From contig JBJMGU010000152.1 of NCBI GenBank assembly GCA_045807765.1, positions 1 through 64,000 of the forward strand: a stretch of 64,000 nt of DNA, in the 5' to 3' direction. Shown in pieces: positions 59,232 through 64,000 of this stretch. A program made the position numbers and the translations under genes. Position 1 is the first letter of the stretch, and every line of letters begins with the position of its first letter. This stretch comes from Blastocatellia bacterium (GTDB taxonomy: Bacteria > Acidobacteriota > Blastocatellia > UBA7656). Below the pieces are notes generated by a model that ran no database searches, was not told the DNA's origin, and worked only from the letters and a program-made list of their open reading frames with translations.

Positions 59232-62093
59232 CTATGCGCCGCAGCATTTCTTGTACTTCTTGCCGCTGCCGCATGTGCATAGCTCGTTGCGCCCGACGCG
59301 CGGGCCTTTGTGGCGCATCGGCTTGGCGACCTCTTCTTCGCCGCCCGCAAATGCTGTCTCGTTGGCTTTGGTGAAGGCCACACGACCGCGGCGCTGGCGG
59401 CGCCGGCGCTCTAATAATTGCTGCTCGACCGGGGCGGTCACCTGGACTTGAAAGTTGAACAGGTAGCGCACCGTTTCCGTGTCTATGCGGTTAAGCATCG
59501 CCTGGAACAAGCCGAACGACTCGCGCTTGTATTCGACCAGCGGATCTTTCTGGCCGTAGCCGCGCAGGTGTATGCCTTCTTTCAAGTGGTCGAGCGCCAG
59601 CAGGTGATCTTTCCACTGCGCGTCAACGATGTTGAGCATGATGTAGCGCTCAAGGTTGCGCATCGCCTCGACGCCGATCTGCACTTCCTTCTCAGCATAC
59701 CGGGCTTCGAGCCGCTGCCAGAGCGTCTCCTGCCCCTCTTCGGGGCTCATCTCTTCAAGCCGTATATGCTCCTGATCAACCTCGAAGTTGAAGACCTTGC
59801 GCATCTCCTCTTTGAAGCCAATGAGGTCCCATTCGTGCGGCGCTTGCTCGCGCGGCATATACTGTCCGATCAAATCGTCGAGCAAGTCTTCGGCGCGGCC
59901 GAGAATGTCTTCGCGCTGCGATTGGCTCTGTTGTTCCGGGGTTTCGCCGTAGTAGCCGGTCAGCAACTGGCGGCGGATCGTGTAGATCGCCTCGCGCTGC
60001 TTGTTCATCACGTCGTCGTATTCAAGCAGCCGTTTGCGGATTGAGAAGTTGTGCGCCTCGACCGATTTCTGCGCGCCTTCGATGCGCTTTGAAACCAGCC
60101 GCGATTCAATCGGCACGCCCTCTTCCATGCCGAGCCGCAGCATGAGGTTCTTAATGCGTTCGCCGCCGAAGATGCGCATCAAATCGTCTTCGAGCGACAG
60201 GTAGAAGCGCGACGAGCCGGGATCGCCCTGGCGGCCCGAACGACCGCGGAGCTGATTATCGATGCGCCGCGATTCGTGGCGCTCGGTGCCGAGGATGTGC
60301 AAGCCGCCCGCGGCGATGACTTCTTTATGCTCGGCTTCGGTGACTTGCTTGGCGCGCTCAAGCGCCCGCTCCAACTGTTCCGGCGTCGCCTCGTCAGGAT
60401 TGATCTGCTTCTTCTTCAGCTCCTCTTTGGCCAGAAACTCCGGGTTGCCGCCAAGCAGGATGTCGGTGCCGCGACCGGCCATGTTGGTGGCAATCGTCAC
60501 CTGACCGAGGCGTCCGGCCTGAGCGACAATGTCGGCCTCGCGCGCCGCATGCTCCGGCTTGGCGTTCAAGACGTTGTGCGGCACACGCAGCTTTTTGAGC
60601 TGCGCCGCCAGCATCTCTGAAGTCTCGACCGAAACGGTGCCGACCAGCACCGGCTGATTCTTCTCGTGCAGCTCTTTGATCTCAAGGGCGACGGCCTCCC
60701 ACTTCTCGCGCTCTGTGCGATAGATGACATCAGGGAAGTCCTTGCGCACCATCGAGCGATTGGTTGGAATGACGGCGACGTCGAGCTTGTAGATGTTGGC
60801 GAACTCGCTCGCTTCGGTCTCTGCCGTGCCGGTCATGCCACAGAGCTTGGCATACATGCGGAAGTAATTTTGCAGCGTGATCGTCGCCAGCGTCTGGTTC
60901 TCGGCTTCGATCTTGACGCCTTCTTTCGCCTCGACGGCTTGATGCAGCCCGTCGCTCCAGCGGCGGCCCGGCATCACGCGCCCGGTGAATTCGTCAACAA
61001 TGATGACTTCGCCATCCTTGATGATGTACTGCTTATCGAGGTGATAGAGCGAGTGCGCGTTCAGCGACTGCTCGATGCAGTGCAGCAGCTCCATATTCGC
61101 CGGCTCGTAGAGGTTGCCGACGCCGGTGAAGCGTTCCGCCGCCTCGACGCCCTCTTCGGTGAGCGTCGCCGAGTGCTGCTTCTCGTCAACGTGGTAGAGC
61201 AGGCGCGCGTCTTCTTTGAGATTGACATCGCCTTCGGCCTGTTTGATCTCGGCAATGCGTTTCTGCTGTTCGGACTTCAGCTTATCGATGCACTCGTTGG
61301 CGACGTAATATTTCTCGGTCGAATCTTCCGATGCGCCCGAAATGATCAACGGCGTGCGCGCCTCGTCAATCAGGATCGAGTCCACCTCATCAACGATGGC
61401 GTACCAGTGGCCGCGCTGCACCATCGCCATCGGGTCAAACTTCATGTTGTCGCGCAGGTAATCGAAGCCGAACTCGTTGTTGGTGCCATAGGTGATGTCG
61501 GCGCGGTAAGCCTCCTGGCGCTCGCTGTCGTCCATGTCGTGCTGGATGCAGCCGACCGTGAGGCCGAGGAAGCGATAGATCTTGCCCATCCATTCGGTGT
61601 CGCGCTTGGCCAGGTAATCGTTGACCGTGATGACGTGGACGCCGCGCCCGGCCAGCGCGTTCAGGTAAGCCGGTAGAGTCGCCACCAGCGTTTTACCTTC
61701 GCCGGTCTTCATCTCAGCAATCATGCCGCGGTGCAAGACCATGCCGCCGATCAACTGCACATCGAAGTGGCGCATGCTGGTGGCGCGCCGCGACGCTTCG
61801 CGGACGACGGCGAAGGCTTCGGGGAGAATTTCGTCGAGCGCCTCGTCAACGATCAGGCGCAGCGCCTTCTTCTCTTCTTCGGGCGTCTCGACGGTGATGT
61901 CGGCCTCGGCGACGCGCTGCTCGATCTGCTCGCGGAAGCGCGGCGTGTAGGCGCGCAGCTCGTCGTCCGAGAGCCGCTGCACCTTCGCCTCAAACTCGTT
62001 GATCTCGTGAACCATCGGCCACAGGCGTTTCAGCAAACGCTCGTTGGCGCTGCCGAAAACCTTGATTGCAACTTTATTGAATATCGCTGTCAT
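59232..62093 (-). CDS. secA: Preprotein translocase ATPase SecA
   Basis: DEAD-motor motifs ([13 protein letters not shown], the [19 protein letters not shown] region). C-terminal zinc finger [14 protein letters not shown]. The start is taken at MTAIFNKV. Confidence 0.95.
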   Translation of the reverse strand: MTAIFNKVAIKVFGSANERLLKRLWPMVHEINEFEAKVQRLSDDELRAYTPRFREQIEQRVAEADITVETPEEEKKALRLIVDEALDEILPEAFAVVREASRRATSMRHFDVQLIGGMVLHRGMIAEMKTGEGKTLVATLPAYLNALAGRGVHVITVNDYLAKRDTEWMGKIYRFLGLTVGCIQHDMDDSERQEAYRADITYGTNNEFGFDYLRDNMKFDPMAMVQRGHWYAIVDEVDSILIDEARTPLIISGASEDSTEKYYVANECIDKLKSEQQKRIAEIKQAEGDVNLKEDARLLYHVDEKQHSATLTEEGVEAAERFTGVGNLYEPANMELLHCIEQSLNAHSLYHLDKQYIIKDGEVIIVDEFTGRVMPGRRWSDGLHQAVEAKEGVKIEAENQTLATITLQNYFRMYAKLCGMTGTAETEASEFANIYKLDVAVIPTNRSMVRKDFPDVIYRTEREKWEAVALEIKELHEKNQPVLVGTVSVETSEMLAAQLKKLRVPHNVLNAKPEHAAREADIVAQAGRLGQVTIATNMAGRGTDILLGGNPEFLAKEELKKKQINPDEATPEQLERALERAKQVTEAEHKEVIAAGGLHILGTERHESRRIDNQLRGRSGRQGDPGSSRFYLSLEDDLMRIFGGERIKNLMLRLGMEEGVPIESRLVSKRIEGAQKSVEAHNFSIRKRLLEYDDVMNKQREAIYTIRRQLLTGYYGETPEQQSQSQREDILGRAEDLLDDLIGQYMPREQAPHEWDLIGFKEEMRKVFNFEVDQEHIRLEEMSPEEGQETLWQRLEARYAEKEVQIGVEAMRNLERYIMLNIVDAQWKDHLLALDHLKEGIHLRGYGQKDPLVEYKRESFGLFQAMLNRIDTETVRYLFNFQVQVTAPVEQQLLERRRRQRRGRVAFTKANETAFAGGEEEVAKPMRHKGPRVGRNELCTCGSGKKYKKCCGA

Positions 62094-62452
62094 ATTTCTC
62101 TCTAGTTCCTGGTTTGTAGCTCCATCTTTGCGTTCGGCTACAAACACTAAACGAATATGCCTGTTGATCGGGTTCGCCAATTTGCGCCCCGGCCAACAGG
62201 CTAACGTCAACTCATCATCTTGTGATACGGGCTATACTCACCGTTCGCCTTCGCATTGCGCAATCACGCCAAGATAAATTGTATTGAAGCCAACCGCGCG
62301 CGTCAATTCTTGCGACTCCGGGAGCCAACACCATAGCAAGGTCGCTGTAGGGGCGATGGCGCAAGTTACAGCCTGACTCCTAACGCGCGAGTCTGCTGCC
62401 GTCTTGCTTGAATTGTATTGAACCGCCGAAGGATTGTGCTAGATTGGCTCAG

Positions 62453-64000
62453 ATGCAACGCGCCATAGATGTCACCGCGCCGGCCACCCTTGAGCCTTTA
62501 AGCGCAATACGCCGCCAGGTCGCGTTTGCCGCCACCGCCATCGTCTGCCTGGGCGCGCTTGCCTACGCCAACAGCTTTGCGGGCCGCTTCATCTTTGACG
62601 ACCGCGCCATTGTCGAAGACATTTCGATCCGCCGGCTCTGGCCGCCGTGGACGGCGATGTTGTCGCCCACCAACGTTGCACGCCCGGTCGTCGGCCTGAC
62701 CTTTGCCATCAATTATGCGATCAGCGGCCTTGAAGTCTGGAGCTATCATCTGGTCAACCTGCTCATCCACCTGCTCGCGGCGCTAGCGTTATTCGGCATC
62801 GTGCGGCGGGCGCTGGTAAGCGAGCGATTGCGCGGGCGCTTCGGCGCGGCCTCGGTCTGGTTGGCCGCCGCTGTCGCCGTGGTCTGGGCCGTTCACCCCT
62901 TACAGACGCAAGCGGTGACTTACATCGTCCAGCGCGGCGAATCGCTGATGGGGCTGATGTATCTGGTGACGCTTTACGCGGTGATCCGCGCTGCCGAAAC
63001 GGCGAGCCGCCGCTGGATCGTCGCGGCGATCATCAGTTGCGCCATCGGTATGGCAACCAAGCCGGTGATGGCCACCGCGCCCATCATTGCCCTGTTGTTC
63101 GATGTGATCTTTGTCGCCGGCTCGTTGAAAGTAGCGCTGCGCCGCCGCTGGGGCTTGTACGCGGCGCTCGCGGCGACGTGGGGGATTATGGCGGCAACCA
63201 TCGTCGCGCCAACACCGGCAGACTGGTCGGTCGGCTTCAAGATGAAAACGTTGACGCCGCTCGAATACCTGCAAACCCAGTTCGGCGTCATTACACATTA
63301 CCTGCGGCTGGCCATCTGGCCCGACCCTCTGGTTTTGGATTACGGCTGGCCGGTGGCGCGCACCGCGTCTGAGATTCTGCCGCTTGCGGTTTTCATTGTC
63401 GGACTGGTCGCCGCGAGCCTGTGGGCGCTCGCGCGTCGCCCGGCGCTAGGGTTTCTGGGCGCTTGGTTCTTTCTTATCCTCGCGCCGACTTCGAGCGTGA
63501 TGCCCATCGCCGACCTCGCCTTCGAGCATCGCATGTATTTGCCGCTGGCGGCGGTCGTCGCGCTGATCGTCATTGGCGGCTATGCGACAGGACAAATGAT
63601 GCTGGCGCGCCTGGTTCAATCCGAGACAGAGCGCCGGCAACTTGCTCGCTCACTTGCCGCGGGGGCGCTTGCGGTGATTGTTGCGGCGCTCGCGTCGCTG
63701 ACTTTCTTGCGTAATACGTATTACCAGAGCGACATCGTGATGTGGGCCGATGTCGTCAAGAAGCGGCCCGCCAACGCCCGCGCCCACAACAATCTCGGCA
63801 TGTTTCTGGCCGAGCGTGGCCAATACGACGAAGCGCTGGCGCACTTTGACGAAGCCTGCCGCTTAAATCCCGAAGACGCGCTTGCCAAAAACAACCTCGC
63901 GCTGACCCTCTTTAACCAGGGCCGCGTCGCTGACGCCATCCCGCTTTACCGCGAAGCGCTTCAACGTAAGCCGGATTACACAGACGCGCACTTCAATCTG
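62453..64000 (+). CDS. TMTC/DUF1736-like GT-C membrane protein with C-terminal TPR repeats (3'-truncated by the window end)
   Basis: ATG 62453. Multiple TM helices. SYHLVNLLIHLLAAL resembles the DUF1736 motif. TPR repeats (AHNNLGMFLAERGQYDEALAHFDEACRLNPEDA...). There is no stop before the window end. Confidence 0.65.
   Translation, partial: MQRAIDVTAPATLEPLSAIRRQVAFAATAIVCLGALAYANSFAGRFIFDDRAIVEDISIRRLWPPWTAMLSPTNVARPVVGLTFAINYAISGLEVWSYHLVNLLIHLLAALALFGIVRRALVSERLRGRFGAASVWLAAAVAVVWAVHPLQTQAVTYIVQRGESLMGLMYLVTLYAVIRAAETASRRWIVAAIISCAIGMATKPVMATAPIIALLFDVIFVAGSLKVALRRRWGLYAALAATWGIMAATIVAPTPADWSVGFKMKTLTPLEYLQTQFGVITHYLRLAIWPDPLVLDYGWPVARTASEILPLAVFIVGLVAASLWALARRPALGFLGAWFFLILAPTSSVMPIADLAFEHRMYLPLAAVVALIVIGGYATGQMMLARLVQSETERRQLARSLAAGALAVIVAALASLTFLRNTYYQSDIVMWADVVKKRPANARAHNNLGMFLAERGQYDEALAHFDEACRLNPEDALAKNNLALTLFNQGRVADAIPLYREALQRKPDYTDAHFNL

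Noticed and set aside
62211-62452. Possible tRNA or small structured RNA gene in the secA upstream region
   Set aside because: No T-loop (GTTCRANYC) or anticodon-stem pattern could be found; only the AT-rich direct repeat is reported.

Overview
This 64 kb window is a GC-rich (~62 %), gene-dense chromosomal segment. It has no rRNA, tRNA, CRISPR array, transposase or integrase that I can support from the sequence. The gene content looks like a core region of an Acidobacteriota-type genome: TonB-dependent receptors with a carboxypeptidase-regulatory-like N-terminus, DUF1800/DUF1501 pairs, and Ser/Thr kinases and CadC-like regulators carrying TolB_N-like plus TPR sensor modules. I infer that taxon from gene content only.

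Recognisable genes:
- Housekeeping: glnA, secA, lepA, glgP, ppa, rfbB, lutB, lutC.
- Periplasmic folding and envelope: two SurA-like PPIases, a flotillin/SPFH protein, and two GT-C glycosyltransferase-like membrane proteins.
- Transport: an RND efflux adaptor-plus-pump operon and a TonB-dependent receptor.
- Regulation: an ECF41-type sigma factor with its oxidoreductase neighbourhood, an OmpR-type two-component system, a standalone class III nucleotidyl cyclase, and a Ser/Thr kinase.
- Other enzymes and unknowns: a patatin-like phospholipase, a GMC oxidoreductase with a Tat-exported small subunit, and several secreted hypothetical proteins.

The most unusual thing I can see is not a gene cluster but a set of repeat-built structures:
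- At least five families of 90-140 bp inverted-repeat (hairpin) elements whose arms are made of tandem 7-nt (or 10-nt) units. Two families are present twice; one sits intercistronically inside the RND operon and one spans the stop codon of the gene upstream of glnA.
- A nested palindrome with 8-nt periodic arms that is translated in frame as the low-complexity linker of the CadC-like regulator.
- A (GCGGATT)x4 heptanucleotide tract starting at the initiation codon of a Tat-exported dehydrogenase subunit, the classic geometry for slipped-strand phase variation.

Smaller points: the flotillin has a triplicated N-terminal module, two signalling proteins share one sensor module, and several perfect palindromic terminators or operators are present.
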